A stretch of DNA of 54,747 nucleotides from a virus (IMGVR_UViG_3300037071_003643:1-54747); one strand, 5' to 3'; positions 39,454-48,237 are shown, counted from the stretch's first letter. The notes: a model not told the origin generated them from the letters alone. A program made the numbers and translations.

Positions 39454-40166
39454 GCGCTCCCTTCTGTGAGCGATGGGTGCTCCTCTTGCCACGCGGCGAT
39501 CGCGTACTCCAGCTCTTCGGCTGTCGCGTTCACGATCGTGCGAGCCGTGTACGGCGCCTGCCCCTCGGGGATGATCGCGTTCACGATCTCGCGCGACTTC
39601 GACGCCGAGCCGGTGAGCTCACGCAGCTGCGTCTGGAGCTGGGATTGGTCGGTCGATGGTACGGGCGGTGGGGAGGGCGGGGGTGTCCCGCTTGACCCCC
39701 CGCCCTCCGTCGCCTTCGAGACCGTCGCGGTCGAATGACCCTCACGCCCCTCGTCCTGACGTGGTCTCGAAGCTTGCTGCCCGTCGTCGTCCTCGGCTGC
39801 GAGTCCTAACGCTGCTAGCAACTGATAGCGCCTGCCGTAGGTGATGGCACTCCCAACCGACTGCGCGTCGCTTGCATGTGGAACTGCTAATGGGCCGAAC
39901 TCGATCCACTCGCCCGACTTGTGCATCAGTCGCGTGACGATCGACGTACGACCCTCGATGGTGACCGTATCCTGTAGCAGCATGATGCGCTGCGCCGAGA
40001 GCGTCGGCACGATCGCCCCGAGGATCGTCGGCAGGTCGGCGTAGTCGTACGAGAACGAGCCTCCCGACTTGGTGGGGATGTTCGCTCGCGCCGACTTCGC
40101 CGGGTTCTGCAGGTCGGCCGCCTGGAGCGCGTCCAGTAGCTCGCCGATGGTGTCGCTCGTTCTCAT
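39450..40166 (-). CDS. erf: ERF-family single-strand annealing protein
   Basis: YDYADL, HKSGEWI, AQSVGSAITYGRRYQLLAALGLAAEDDDG. Confidence 0.92.
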   Translation of the reverse strand: MRTSDTIGELLDALQAADLQNPAKSARANIPTKSGGSFSYDYADLPTILGAIVPTLSAQRIMLLQDTVTIEGRTSIVTRLMHKSGEWIEFGPLAVPHASDAQSVGSAITYGRRYQLLAALGLAAEDDDGQQASRPRQDEGREGHSTATVSKATEGGGSSGTPPPSPPPVPSTDQSQLQTQLRELTGSASKSREIVNAIIPEGQAPYTARTIVNATAEELEYAIAAWQEEHPSLTEGSA

Positions 40167-40543
40167 GCTCGCTCCTCGATCTTCCAGAGACGTCCGCCGT
40201 AGGTTCGCTCGCCGTTGACCGCCACGACCATCGCTACCCTCGTGCCGTACTTACCTCCGGCCTGAACTCGCTCGCCGACTTCGAGATCGCCGAGCGCGTC
40301 GATGTAGTCGTAGGCCTGTTGAGCCTCGAGGGCCGCGATGTCTGTGATCCCGTACTCCGAGAGGAACTTGACCTGAACGATGCGCGGTTCCTCTACTGGA
40401 TGGTCGTGGTAGTTGTCGCCCTCGGCGTGATGGTGGTCCCAGGAGGCGAGGCCGTGTACGTGCGGGATGATCGCGATCTCCTCGAGATGCGCTTCGATGG
40501 CGTCTACGCGCTTCGCCAACTCTGCTACCGTCGTCCTGCTCAT
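40163..40543 (-). CDS. Hypothetical protein with His-rich segment
   Basis: GGGGAG RBS; HVH...HHH...HDH. Confidence 0.55.
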   Translation of the reverse strand: MSRTTVAELAKRVDAIEAHLEEIAIIPHVHGLASWDHHHAEGDNYHDHPVEEPRIVQVKFLSEYGITDIAALEAQQAYDYIDALGDLEVGERVQAGGKYGTRVAMVVAVNGERTYGGRLWKIEERA

Positions 40544-40690
40544 CGCGTCTCCCCTATCCGAACGTCGCTAGGTGGACGTCCAAAGTCGGCTACCTGCCAG
40601 CGCCCGCGGTGGTCTATCTCCCAGCGAGCGCCGCACCGGTCGCACCACGCGGCGCTCTCGGTGTACTGCATGTACGGTGCATGATCGCAG

Positions 40691-41083
40691 CTAGACTTCG
40701 GCATCTGAGAGCGCGCCTCGATCGAATCGGTCCTTGATGAACGCGCCCCACTCGTCGGTGAGGACGACGTAGGCGTCATCGACTGCGGCGTCTCGATCGT
40801 GCATGCCGAGACCCTTGAACCTGGGGTCGTCGTACTCGACCGAGAAGCCGAGAGTGGCGACGCGGCCGTGTAGCTCGAACACTTCGACCGCCCAGTTGAA
40901 CCCGTCCATGTTGGCGGGGAAGGCGTAGCCGTCGGTCTGCGCCTGCTCCAGGAATGTCTGACCGAGGACGCAGACCGAGCAGTCCTGCAGTCGGAGCTTC
41001 CCGACGTCGATGCGACGCTCCCATCCCGGCTCGTTCTCGTCGAGCCAGGCGGCTCCACGTTCGATCTCCTGCTGATAGCTCAT
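40691..41083 (-). CDS. Hypothetical phage protein
   Basis: RGAAWLDENEPGW...CVLGQ; GGAGG RBS. Confidence 0.65.
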   Translation of the reverse strand: MSYQQEIERGAAWLDENEPGWERRIDVGKLRLQDCSVCVLGQTFLEQAQTDGYAFPANMDGFNWAVEVFELHGRVATLGFSVEYDDPRFKGLGMHDRDAAVDDAYVVLTDEWGAFIKDRFDRGALSDAEV

Positions 41084-41439
41084 AGTCCCTCCTGATCCAG
41101 CTTGGCCTGGTACCAGCGTGCCTGTTCGTTGTCCAGTTGCATCTCCCAGCTACAGAACGAGCAGGGCGCTCCCTCGCCCGTATCGGCTGCCGCCTTGCAC
41201 GCCGGATGGACGCGCAGAGGCTTGGGCCGTAGCTCGATGACGACGCCCGCGCGGTTCGTCTCGCTCTGATGTTGCGCCGAGCGGCGGAGCTCCTCGGCTT
41301 GGACCGTGCGATTCGCGGGCTCGACCACGTTCCTGATCTTCTGCCCACGACCGATAGGGCAGTCGCGCTCGTGGAACCACGCGAGTCCCGACGGGGAATG
41401 GAACTGCTGCGGGCTGCAGCAGGTCGGGAGCGGTGTCAT
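41080..41439 (-). CDS. Hypothetical protein
   Basis: AAAGGAG RBS before MTPLPTCC. Confidence 0.5.
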   Translation of the reverse strand: MTPLPTCCSPQQFHSPSGLAWFHERDCPIGRGQKIRNVVEPANRTVQAEELRRSAQHQSETNRAGVVIELRPKPLRVHPACKAAADTGEGAPCSFCSWEMQLDNEQARWYQAKLDQEGL

Positions 41440-41632
41440 GCGATCTCCTTTCGTCGTCGGATGTCCTCGCCGGCGCACCTCCACGCCCAACGCGCGTTCC
41501 ATCGCCAGGCGCCGAATCGAGTAGCGCACTCGGGCCCGGGATGAGCGCGGCAGACGCCCTGCCAGCCGTTCGGTTGAATGACTCGCCAGGTGTAGCTCCA
41601 CCTGAGCGAATCGATGAAGTAGGCGAGACGTC

Positions 41633-41824
41633 TCACCGGCTGAGCTTCCTTCTGGCCGCTGCCGCGATCGCCGCGACGCCGACTACGGCGAAGAGCGGGA
41701 TGGCGACGAACGCGCCGCTGAGATCGGCACCCGTCTCCGCCGTCGGGGGCGGGGGCGTCGTTGAGGTGCAGGTGACGGGGCTGGGCGGGTAACCGCTGAC
41801 GCAATCGCTGTTGCCGAACTGCAT
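41633..41824 (-). CDS. 63-aa protein consisting mostly of a sortase-type sorting signal
   Basis: Pro/Thr linker, TAETG, hydrophobic helix, RRKLSR tail; GAAAGGAA RBS. Confidence 0.6.
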   Translation of the reverse strand: MQFGNSDCVSGYPPSPVTCTSTTPPPPTAETGADLSGAFVAIPLFAVVGVAAIAAAARRKLSR

Positions 41825-41835
41825 GTGCGTTCCTT

Positions 41836-42192
41836 TCAGTAGGGCGCCGAAGCGCGACAGACCATCCGTTCTGAACCCGATTCTCCCCTCCTCGTCTCGC
41901 TCGTGGGTACGATCTCGCCGGTGTCGCGGAGCTCCGAGCAACGCTTCCACCAGCTGGCGGTGCGCAACTCGTACAGACCGGCGATCTTCGCTGCCTCCTC
42001 GTCGGTGAGACCGGCGGGGTACGCATCGACGTACGCAGCGAGCAGGCGCGCCTTCTGGCTACCTGCTCGATAGGCGACGTCGTGCGCCCCCGCTAGGCTC
42101 GTCGCGGGATCGCTCGTACGGACACGAGCGCGCGTTTCATCGACAGCCTCGTTGGGGAACAGCGGCGTCTCGATGTACTGTTCGTCCATCAC
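41836..42192 (-). CDS. Winged-HTH phage protein
   Basis: RTSDPATS, GLTDEEAA, KRCSELR. Confidence 0.65.
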   Translation of the reverse strand: MMDEQYIETPLFPNEAVDETRARVRTSDPATSLAGAHDVAYRAGSQKARLLAAYVDAYPAGLTDEEAAKIAGLYELRTASWWKRCSELRDTGEIVPTSETRRGESGSERMVCRASAPY

Positions 42193-42419
42193 GACGCCTT
42201 CCGTTTGAGAGGCCGGATGAGGTCGTCCACGAGGATCTCATCGTCCCTTTCGGACAGCGCCTTCGCGAGTCGCTGGAACGTCTCGACGCGTGCGCCGGGG
42301 CGGGAGTCAGCCTCGATATCGTGGATCGTGACCCAGTGGACGCCCGAGGCCGCTTCCAGCTCTCGGACGCTCAGGCCGCGCTCTTCCCGAACGACGGTCA
42401 GTGGGTGCTTCTTGGTCAT
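42189..42419 (-). CDS. XRE/Cro-like HTH regulator
   Basis: LTVVREERGLSVRELEAASGV...IHDIE...TFQRLAKAL; AAGGAGG RBS. Confidence 0.82.
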   Translation of the reverse strand: MTKKHPLTVVREERGLSVRELEAASGVHWVTIHDIEADSRPGARVETFQRLAKALSERDDEILVDDLIRPLKRKAS

Positions 42420-42440
42420 CTTCCCTCCTTTCGATCGCTC

Positions 42441-42469
42441 ACGGTAGCATATCCGTGAGACGGTTGCTA
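42441..42469 (-). promoter_or_regulatory. Sigma70-type promoter for the XRE gene
   Basis: TAGCAA-N17-TACCGT with TGc extension; CCGT-N3-ACGG inverted repeat in spacer. Confidence 0.5.
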
Positions 42470-42691
42470 GCGGCGTCGTGCGCCTTCTCGAACCGCGGTC
42501 ATGAAGCGCTCGCGGTCGAAGCGACGGTCGCCCTCGATGGTCCACTCGTTGCGCTCCTGGAACGAGTCGGCGAGCGCTTCGGCTGCCTTCTCGATTCCCG
42601 CGCGCGTCGTCCCTCCCGTCGGCGCGGTGCTCTTCAGCGCGTCGTTCAGTGCGTTCGCGATCACGCGGAAGTCTCGTTTCTGCATGGCCAT
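42467..42691 (-). CDS. Hypothetical phage protein
   Basis: KRDFRVIANAL...RFDRERFMTA; AAGGAG RBS. Confidence 0.6.
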   Translation of the reverse strand: MAMQKRDFRVIANALNDALKSTAPTGGTTRAGIEKAAEALADSFQERNEWTIEGDRRFDRERFMTAVREGARRR

Positions 42692-42893
42692 ATCGTCGTT
42701 CTCCTTATCTCTTCCAAGCTTCGAGAGCAGCACGCCTGTACCGAGGCAGAGAGCGCCGAAGGCCATGCCGAGAGAGAACTCATCGGTCAACCCCACCACC
42801 CCCAGTGATTCGTGAGCACCAGTAGCGTCGCGAGCGCGATCGTGATCGCGAACACGTTGGTGATCCAGGTGAAGAAACTCGGCTCGTGATCCA

Positions 42894-43550
42894 TCATCCC
42901 TCTCTCTGCCAGGAGTAGCCCCCAGCGGTGTCAAAGTTCATCTCGGCTTCCACGTGCCAGTCGGCGTAGCAGAACGTGAGGCACATGTTCATCGTGCGAT
43001 ACGTCCTGATCGACCACCAGCGCACGCCGGATCCCTCGTGTCGACCTCGCTGATGACGAGGGTCGTTCTTGGTCCCGCCGTCCTGCCAGATGTTCCAGAC
43101 GTCGTTCCCGATCTCGGTCCAGACGACGACGCGGTTGAACGTGAACTGGTCGCTGCCGGGTTGCCAGCAGACCGTACGTTTCATGTTGTACGTCCACATC
43201 CAGTAGCCGGTGGCGTTGTCGGCCCAGACCTCGACCTCCTTCGCCTGGCACTGGTCACCGCGTAGCAGTCTCGTCTCGATGAACGGCGAGATCGCGACGG
43301 GTGCATCCTTGGACCGCCAGTGCAGCGGCCTGTCGACCTTGGACCGTCGTTTCTTGCACGCGGGGCCGCATCGACCTTGGGCCGTGTCGGTGTCGGGGAC
43401 GCGCGCGCCGACCGGCGACGTCTCGACGGGTACCTCCTTCGAGCTGCCCTGCAGGTTCGTTGGCGCGTTGAAGATCATCAGTAGCAGGAACAGACCGACC
43501 GCGACGAGTATCCCCACGACGATCGCTACCGCCAGACGTTTCCTATCCAT
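42894..43550 (-). CDS. Membrane-anchored protein
   Basis: N-terminal TM, Trp/Cys-rich beta domain. Confidence 0.65.
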   Translation of the reverse strand: MDRKRLAVAIVVGILVAVGLFLLLMIFNAPTNLQGSSKEVPVETSPVGARVPDTDTAQGRCGPACKKRRSKVDRPLHWRSKDAPVAISPFIETRLLRGDQCQAKEVEVWADNATGYWMWTYNMKRTVCWQPGSDQFTFNRVVVWTEIGNDVWNIWQDGGTKNDPRHQRGRHEGSGVRWWSIRTYRTMNMCLTFCYADWHVEAEMNFDTAGGYSWQREG

Positions 43551-43562
43551 CTCGTTCTCCCC

Positions 43563-44036
43563 CTAACAGAAGCGCTCGAAGGCCGCGTCGTACAGCTCGG
43601 TCATGCCCACGTGGTAGTCACGAGCGGCGATCTGCCACGCTTCCCCGTTCGTGTTCGGGTCGGCCTTCTGTTCGAGTGCGTCGAGCCAGAGGCGCTTCGC
43701 CTGCGCGAGCGTGATGTACGGGTCGATGATCGTGTTGCACCACTTCTCAACGTACATCTGCGTGCGCAGGTAGTCCACGGCCTCGTCCACCTGGCTCGTC
43801 TCGACCACCGGCTCGGGATCGACGATCGGGCTAGGCGGGTTCGGGCTGAACGTCTCGCTAGGAGACGGTGCCGCGCTTGCGGGCTCGTTGGAATCGAACA
43901 CGTGCGCGAGATCGAGCCCGACCGCGAGTAGCACTGCGGCTGCGATCGCGATGAGCACGAGCTTGGACGTCGAGCTACCCTTCGGCGGCTCAGGTGCGGG
44001 CGTAGCTGGCATCGGTGGAACGGGTGGCATACTCAT
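43563..44036 (-). CDS. Membrane-anchored Pro-rich protein
   Basis: TM LVLIAIAAAVLLAVGL; GGGGAG RBS. Confidence 0.6.
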   Translation of the reverse strand: MSMPPVPPMPATPAPEPPKGSSTSKLVLIAIAAAVLLAVGLDLAHVFDSNEPASAAPSPSETFSPNPPSPIVDPEPVVETSQVDEAVDYLRTQMYVEKWCNTIIDPYITLAQAKRLWLDALEQKADPNTNGEAWQIAARDYHVGMTELYDAAFERFC

Positions 44037-44068
44037 AGCTGTTTCTCCCCTATCGTTGTCGTGGCGCG

Positions 44069-44308
44069 TCACTCGACGCGCTCCGGGTGCATCGTGTGCC
44101 AGTAGGTGATCGCGGCCGCGGTGCGGTTCGTGACCTCCATCTTCAGGTACACCCTCTGCAGGTGAACCTTGACGGTCTTTTCCGCCAGGTATAGCTCCCG
44201 GCCAATCTGCCGGTTGGTGCGCCCCTCGGCGACTTCGGTTAGGACGTCGATCTCTCGCGACGTCAGGCCGTAGCGCGTCTGGAGCGGGTGTCGTACCTCT
44301 GTCTGCAT
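44069..44308 (-). CDS. Stand-alone LuxR/NarL-type HTH
   Basis: GLTSREIDVLTEVAEGRTNRQIGRELYLAEKTVKVHLQRVYLKMEVTNRTAAA. Confidence 0.9.
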   Translation of the reverse strand: MQTEVRHPLQTRYGLTSREIDVLTEVAEGRTNRQIGRELYLAEKTVKVHLQRVYLKMEVTNRTAAAITYWHTMHPERVE

Positions 44309-44321
44309 CTTCCCTCCTTCC

Positions 44322-44552
44322 TCAACCTTGGACCGTGTCGGGATCTTGGACCGTGTGAACCTGCCCCGCGGGAATCGAGAGCGTGATGTCATCGTCGCGC
44401 TCGATCTCGACCCACCAGCCGGACAGGTGTGACCACTTCACGGCGCGTACGACGCCGCGCCACGGGCGGATGTTCTCCTCCGTGACTTCGACCTCGACGC
44501 CTCGTGCGAATGGCTGTTCGGTGTGCACCGGCTTGGACCGCGTGCGATTCAT
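44322..44552 (-). CDS. Small hypothetical protein
   Basis: AGGAG RBS; ATGA coupling. Confidence 0.5.
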   Translation of the reverse strand: MNRTRSKPVHTEQPFARGVEVEVTEENIRPWRGVVRAVKWSHLSGWWVEIERDDDITLSIPAGQVHTVQDPDTVQG

Positions 44553-44764
44553 CGCTTGTCTCCTGCCTCGATGACCAGGTCGGGTGCGAGGTTCTCCTCG
44601 TCTCCCGATGCCTCGTACGTCGCGTGCCGATAGACCTCGACGCGCTCGAACGTCCCCAGGAACTTGCCCTGGCCGTCGCTCGCCTCGAACGAGTAGCCGT
44701 GGCCCTCGATCTCGTGTAGGCGCAGCGTCCACTTCGGGTCCTTCACCGTTATGGCGTCTCTCAT
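44549..44764 (-). CDS. Small hypothetical protein
   Basis: GGAGG RBS; coupled. Confidence 0.55.
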   Translation of the reverse strand: MRDAITVKDPKWTLRLHEIEGHGYSFEASDGQGKFLGTFERVEVYRHATYEASGDEENLAPDLVIEAGDKR

Positions 44765-44937
44765 CGTGCCTCCTTCCTCGATCGCGAGAACGTGCGACGA
44801 ATCGCGCCGCGCTCGTCCAGCTGGCTCCGTGCTGTCAGCAGCTGGGAGATCACCCAGCCGTAGTAGCTCTCGCTACCATCGGTGCACCGCCACTCGGCTT
44901 CGAGCGCGCGGCGATCTCGAACCGCCTTTCTGGTCAT
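44761..44937 (-). CDS. Small hypothetical protein
   Basis: MTRKAVRD start; GGAG RBS; coupled. Confidence 0.5.
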   Translation of the reverse strand: MTRKAVRDRRALEAEWRCTDGSESYYGWVISQLLTARSQLDERGAIRRTFSRSRKEAR

Positions 44938-45173
44938 CGTGCTCCCTCCTCGATCGGCTCCATCTGGACGGCTCGATACGTCCCGAGCCCGTCGCGCTCG
45001 TTCATCCGGAACGACGCGAGACACGCGTGCTCGTAACAGTGGCTCGCGCGTCCTAGCGGAGCTCCGTACGGGTCGAATCGACCGAAGGCTCCCTCGCCCG
45101 CGATCGTGAACGTGGCTCGCTGTTCGCACTGCTCGCGCCCGAGTACCCAGACGCACTGCTCGATCCCTTTCAC
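44934..45173 (-). CDS. Small hypothetical protein
   Basis: GTG start after AAAGGAGA. Confidence 0.5.
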   Translation of the reverse strand: MKGIEQCVWVLGREQCEQRATFTIAGEGAFGRFDPYGAPLGRASHCYEHACLASFRMNERDGLGTYRAVQMEPIEEGAR

Positions 45174-45202
45174 GACGTCTCCTTTCCTTGGACCTTGGGC
45201 CG

Positions 45203-45400
45203 CTAGTGGGTCGCGCGCGGCGTCTGCGCGATGCGCTCGACCGGCGCGCTGATCCACGCCGACGCGATCTCGGGTCGCTCGAGGAACCTGAACGCGAACG
45301 CTTCAAGCTCGCCTCGACCGACGGGGGTATCTTCGCGCGTCTCTGCGCAGATGACGGTGCCGTCGATCGCCATCTTGACGAATAGCTGGCGGTACTTCAT
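45203..45400 (-). CDS. Small hypothetical protein
   Basis: GAGGAG RBS; directly downstream of promoter 45427-45455. Confidence 0.55.
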   Translation of the reverse strand: MKYRQLFVKMAIDGTVICAETREDTPVGRGELEAFAFRFLERPEIASAWISAPVERIAQTPRATH

Positions 45401-45426
45401 AACGTCTCCTCTCTGTCCGTGCGCTC

Positions 45427-45455
45427 AGGATAGCAGACTCGCTAACGAGCGTCTA
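45427..45455 (-). promoter_or_regulatory. Early-type promoter
   Basis: TAGACG-ctcgttagcgagtctgc-TATCCT, 17-bp spacer. Confidence 0.65.
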
Positions 45456-45618
45456 GCGGGGTCGCTAGCACGCCGACCTCTTCGAGCTGCTGTCGAGCGC
45501 CGCTCTCGACGTAGTTCTGTACGTCCTCTCGGATCGCTCGCGCGTCGAGCCCGGTGCCGTAGTTCATCGACCAGGCCTCGCGGTCGATCTCGACGGTGAA
45601 CGAGACTCGAACCTTCAT
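45442..45618 (-). CDS. Small hypothetical protein
   Basis: MKVRVSFTVEIDREAW; GAGGGAG RBS. Confidence 0.55.
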   Translation of the reverse strand: MKVRVSFTVEIDREAWSMNYGTGLDARAIREDVQNYVESGARQQLEEVGVLATPLDAR

Positions 45619-46043
45619 CGTGCTCCCTCTCTCTCCATCCGCGCGTTCTCGTACGTCGCGCTGGCGTACGTCGTCTCGACGTGCTCGACGCAGCCGCAGT
45701 AGCGTCCTCGCTCGATCAGCGAGTGGCCAACGATCGCGTCTCGCACCATGAACGTGTACACCTGGAGCGAGTACGTCGTCGGCTCGTCCACGGGCTTCTG
45801 GAAGTCGCCGCCACCGGTCATGACCCCGCCGAAGAGCGAGGGCGTATGCGTCTCGACGACGTGGCCCGGTAGGCTCGCGATCTCGAAGCTGGACCAGTTG
45901 CGCATCGGGTAGCGCCCGCCGTCGAGCACGATGCGCTGGTACCACGCGGCGACCTCGAACTGCCGCGTGACCTCTGCGCCTGGCTCGACGACGACCACGT
46001 AGGTGCCGTCCTCGTCCTGCTCGTACCGAATGGCGTCGTTCAT
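45615..46043 (-). CDS. Hypothetical protein
   Basis: AAGGAGG RBS before MNDAIRYE. Confidence 0.6.
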   Translation of the reverse strand: MNDAIRYEQDEDGTYVVVVEPGAEVTRQFEVAAWYQRIVLDGGRYPMRNWSSFEIASLPGHVVETHTPSLFGGVMTGGGDFQKPVDEPTTYSLQVYTFMVRDAIVGHSLIERGRYCGCVEHVETTYASATYENARMEREGAR

Positions 46044-46071
46044 GCTCGATCCCCTCCTTTGGGCCGTGCTA

Positions 46072-46431
46072 TCAGATGGCGACGTGCCCGCACTCCAGGA
46101 TGTACGTCTGGGTAGGGTCGGCTCGGTCGACGACGGGACCTTCCTTGACGACGACGCGTTGGACGCCTTCGACGTTCGCGACGTCGCAGAGGTAGCAGGT
46201 GAGCATCCAGGCTGCCTGGATGCTGTAGCCCTCGTACGTCGTGGCCCAGGACACGCTCTGTCCCTGGTGGCGATGCAGCCACGCGTAAGCCTCCAGCTCG
46301 CTATCGAACGCGGGTGAGACGGGCTCACCGTCGCGGTACACCTGGACTGGAATCTGCGCGTCGTCTGTCATCTCGTCCTCCATCGTGCTCTCGATCTCGC
46401 TCCTGCGGTACTCGCTGAACGTCTCGCTCAT
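46072..46431 (-). CDS. Acidic hypothetical protein
   Basis: GGAGGA RBS; coupled. Confidence 0.55.
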   Translation of the reverse strand: MSETFSEYRRSEIESTMEDEMTDDAQIPVQVYRDGEPVSPAFDSELEAYAWLHRHQGQSVSWATTYEGYSIQAAWMLTCYLCDVANVEGVQRVVVKEGPVVDRADPTQTYILECGHVAI

Positions 46432-46739
46432 CGCTCGTCCTCCTCCTCGTTGAGCTCACGACGCAGGCGGTCGATTGCGCCGGGCTGGTAGCCGTCGCGA
46501 TCTTCCTTCCACGTCTCGATCCAGGGAATCGTGTAGGCCCGGAGCTGTCCGTGGACCGTGAGTCCCGCGTCCTCGGACTTACGCGCGGCCCGCTCCAGCA
46601 GTTCGAGCGCGTCGTTGAGCTTGTCCTGAGCGCTCTCCAGCAGGTCGTCGATCTCGTCTCGCGTCTCGACGTCGTACTCGATCTCGGGGTTGCAGGCGGT
46701 GCAGTCGTCCTCGTGCTCGCAGTTCGTCCAGGTGGTCAT
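46428..46739 (-). CDS. Acidic hypothetical protein
   Basis: MTTWTNCEHEDDC; GAGGA RBS. Confidence 0.55.
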   Translation of the reverse strand: MTTWTNCEHEDDCTACNPEIEYDVETRDEIDDLLESAQDKLNDALELLERAARKSEDAGLTVHGQLRAYTIPWIETWKEDRDGYQPGAIDRLRRELNEEEDER

Positions 46740-46777
46740 CGTCTCGTTCCTCTCTACTCGATGGAGCTTGGACCGTG

Positions 46778-47086
46778 CTAGCGGAGAATCGGCGGGACGC
46801 TCTTCCCGTCTGCGACGTAGGTGAGCATCTCCATCGTGATGTCGCTGCCGTCGCTCGCTCCGCGATCGAAGCCGAACACGTCGAGCACGTACCGCGTGAT
46901 GGCGGCGTCGAGGTCGGCCAGCTCTTCGGGCGTGAGGTACACGCTGTACTCGCAGAGCTGGTCGTGGGCGCAGTCGGCGACTTCGGCGACGCACGTGAGT
47001 CCGGTGTAGTCCAGGATCGCGGCCGACTCGCGTACGGCGTTCGGGACGCTCTCGATCGCTGCGCGGTACTCTGCGGTCTGTGTCAT
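46778..47086 (-). CDS. First gene of leftward early operon, hypothetical
   Basis: GAAGGAG RBS. Confidence 0.6.
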   Translation of the reverse strand: MTQTAEYRAAIESVPNAVRESAAILDYTGLTCVAEVADCAHDQLCEYSVYLTPEELADLDAAITRYVLDVFGFDRGASDGSDITMEMLTYVADGKSVPPILR

Positions 47087-47099
47087 CTCGATCTCCTTC

Positions 47100-47462
47100 C
47101 GTCTCGCTCTCTAAGAGCGTGTCGCTCGTTGCGACTACAGAGAGCGCGAACGACTAGCGCTCGCGCTCTCGAAGTTGAAACGAACTATTGCGGGTCGTTC
47201 TCCGGCTCCATCGGCGACGCTGCCAGGATCGCTGGTGGCTAGTTTCGGACCCGCTCGGACGCGCTCTCTCTTCGGCGCTCGCCGGTATCCCGGCTCGTCT
47301 CTCGACGTCCTCGAGGCTTCACGGCTAGAGCGGTCTCGGCGAGCGTGGCGCGTACTCGCTGAGGTTGGCCTTTAGGCCCCTCGATTCCCTTAGCTCGGGA
47401 GGGCTGTTCTGCGAGGTCCGGAGGGTCTCTCTCGGCGCTTGCCCTGTTCGCTTATTGCGTTA
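47100..47462 (-). ncRNA. Long structured leader or candidate ncRNA
   Basis: ~370 nt between promoter and first gene with no convincing ORF; several stems. Confidence 0.35.
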
Positions 47463-47467
47463 GACGC

Positions 47468-47497
47468 ATCGTAGCAGAAGCGCTAACGCTACGTCTA
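47468..47497 (-). promoter_or_regulatory. Leftward early promoter
   Basis: TAGACG-tagcgttagcgcttctgc-TACGAT, 18-bp spacer. Confidence 0.65.
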
Positions 47498-47601
47498 GTC
47501 TTTCCGCTAACTTTCTGTCCCGACTTTCACGCGGAGTTCCGCCACTTCGCGAGATCGCTCGCGAAACAGTCGTCGTAGAGAGCGGCTAGCAGCGTCGGTT
47601 C

Positions 47602-47630
47602 TCGACGTTCGAGCGCGTCTCTGCTATCGT
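47602..47630 (+). promoter_or_regulatory. Rightward promoter
   Basis: TCGACG-ttcgagcgcgtctctgc-TATCGT, 17-bp spacer. Confidence 0.55.
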
Positions 47631-47753
47631 GCTCGCATCCCGAGAGCGCGATAGCTCTCGACGTGGAACGAGGGGAGGCGATCGAACACAGACCACACCG
47701 TTCGCCGTGGTCGCGCAAGTCGCGCGATCCAACGACCCACGGAGGTGCCACTC

Positions 47754-48221
47754 TTGAAACGCTCTCTCACCCTCGCCCTCGTCGCCGGGCTGCTCTTCGG
47801 AGCGATGACGACGACGTACGCATCGGCGTACGAGCACCACGACTACTCCAGGTGGGAACGACGCCAGTGCAGGATGGGTCCGTTCGGCGCCGACTCGCGC
47901 GTTCGCGATCTCATCCGCTGCGCGCATCGACGAGCAGGTCAGGTCTCGGACATCGGGATCTCCCTGTACATCGCGAACCGCGAGAGCGGGTACGAGCCGG
48001 GCGCGCAGAACCCCAGCTCGACTGCAGGCGGGCTGTACCAGTGGCTCGCCTCGAGCTGGCCCGGACATCGCTACCCCGCCCTGATACGGCGATTCCATCT
48101 CTCCAACTCTCGACCCGAGTATGACGGCAGCGGCGATCGCTTCGACGCTCGTACAGCAGCGTTCGTCTCGGCGCTCGTCATGCAGCGCTACGGGTGCGGA
48201 GCCTGGTCCGAGAGCTGCTGA
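47754..48221 (+). CDS. Secreted SLT/lysozyme-like transglycosylase
   Basis: Signal peptide ending ASA; IANRESG, NPSSTAGGLYQW, GAWS; GGAGG 8 nt before TTG 47754. Confidence 0.8.
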   Translation: MKRSLTLALVAGLLFGAMTTTYASAYEHHDYSRWERRQCRMGPFGADSRVRDLIRCAHRRAGQVSDIGISLYIANRESGYEPGAQNPSSTAGGLYQWLASSWPGHRYPALIRRFHLSNSRPEYDGSGDRFDARTAAFVSALVMQRYGCGAWSESC

Positions 48222-48237
48222 AGGAGCCGTTGCGAGG

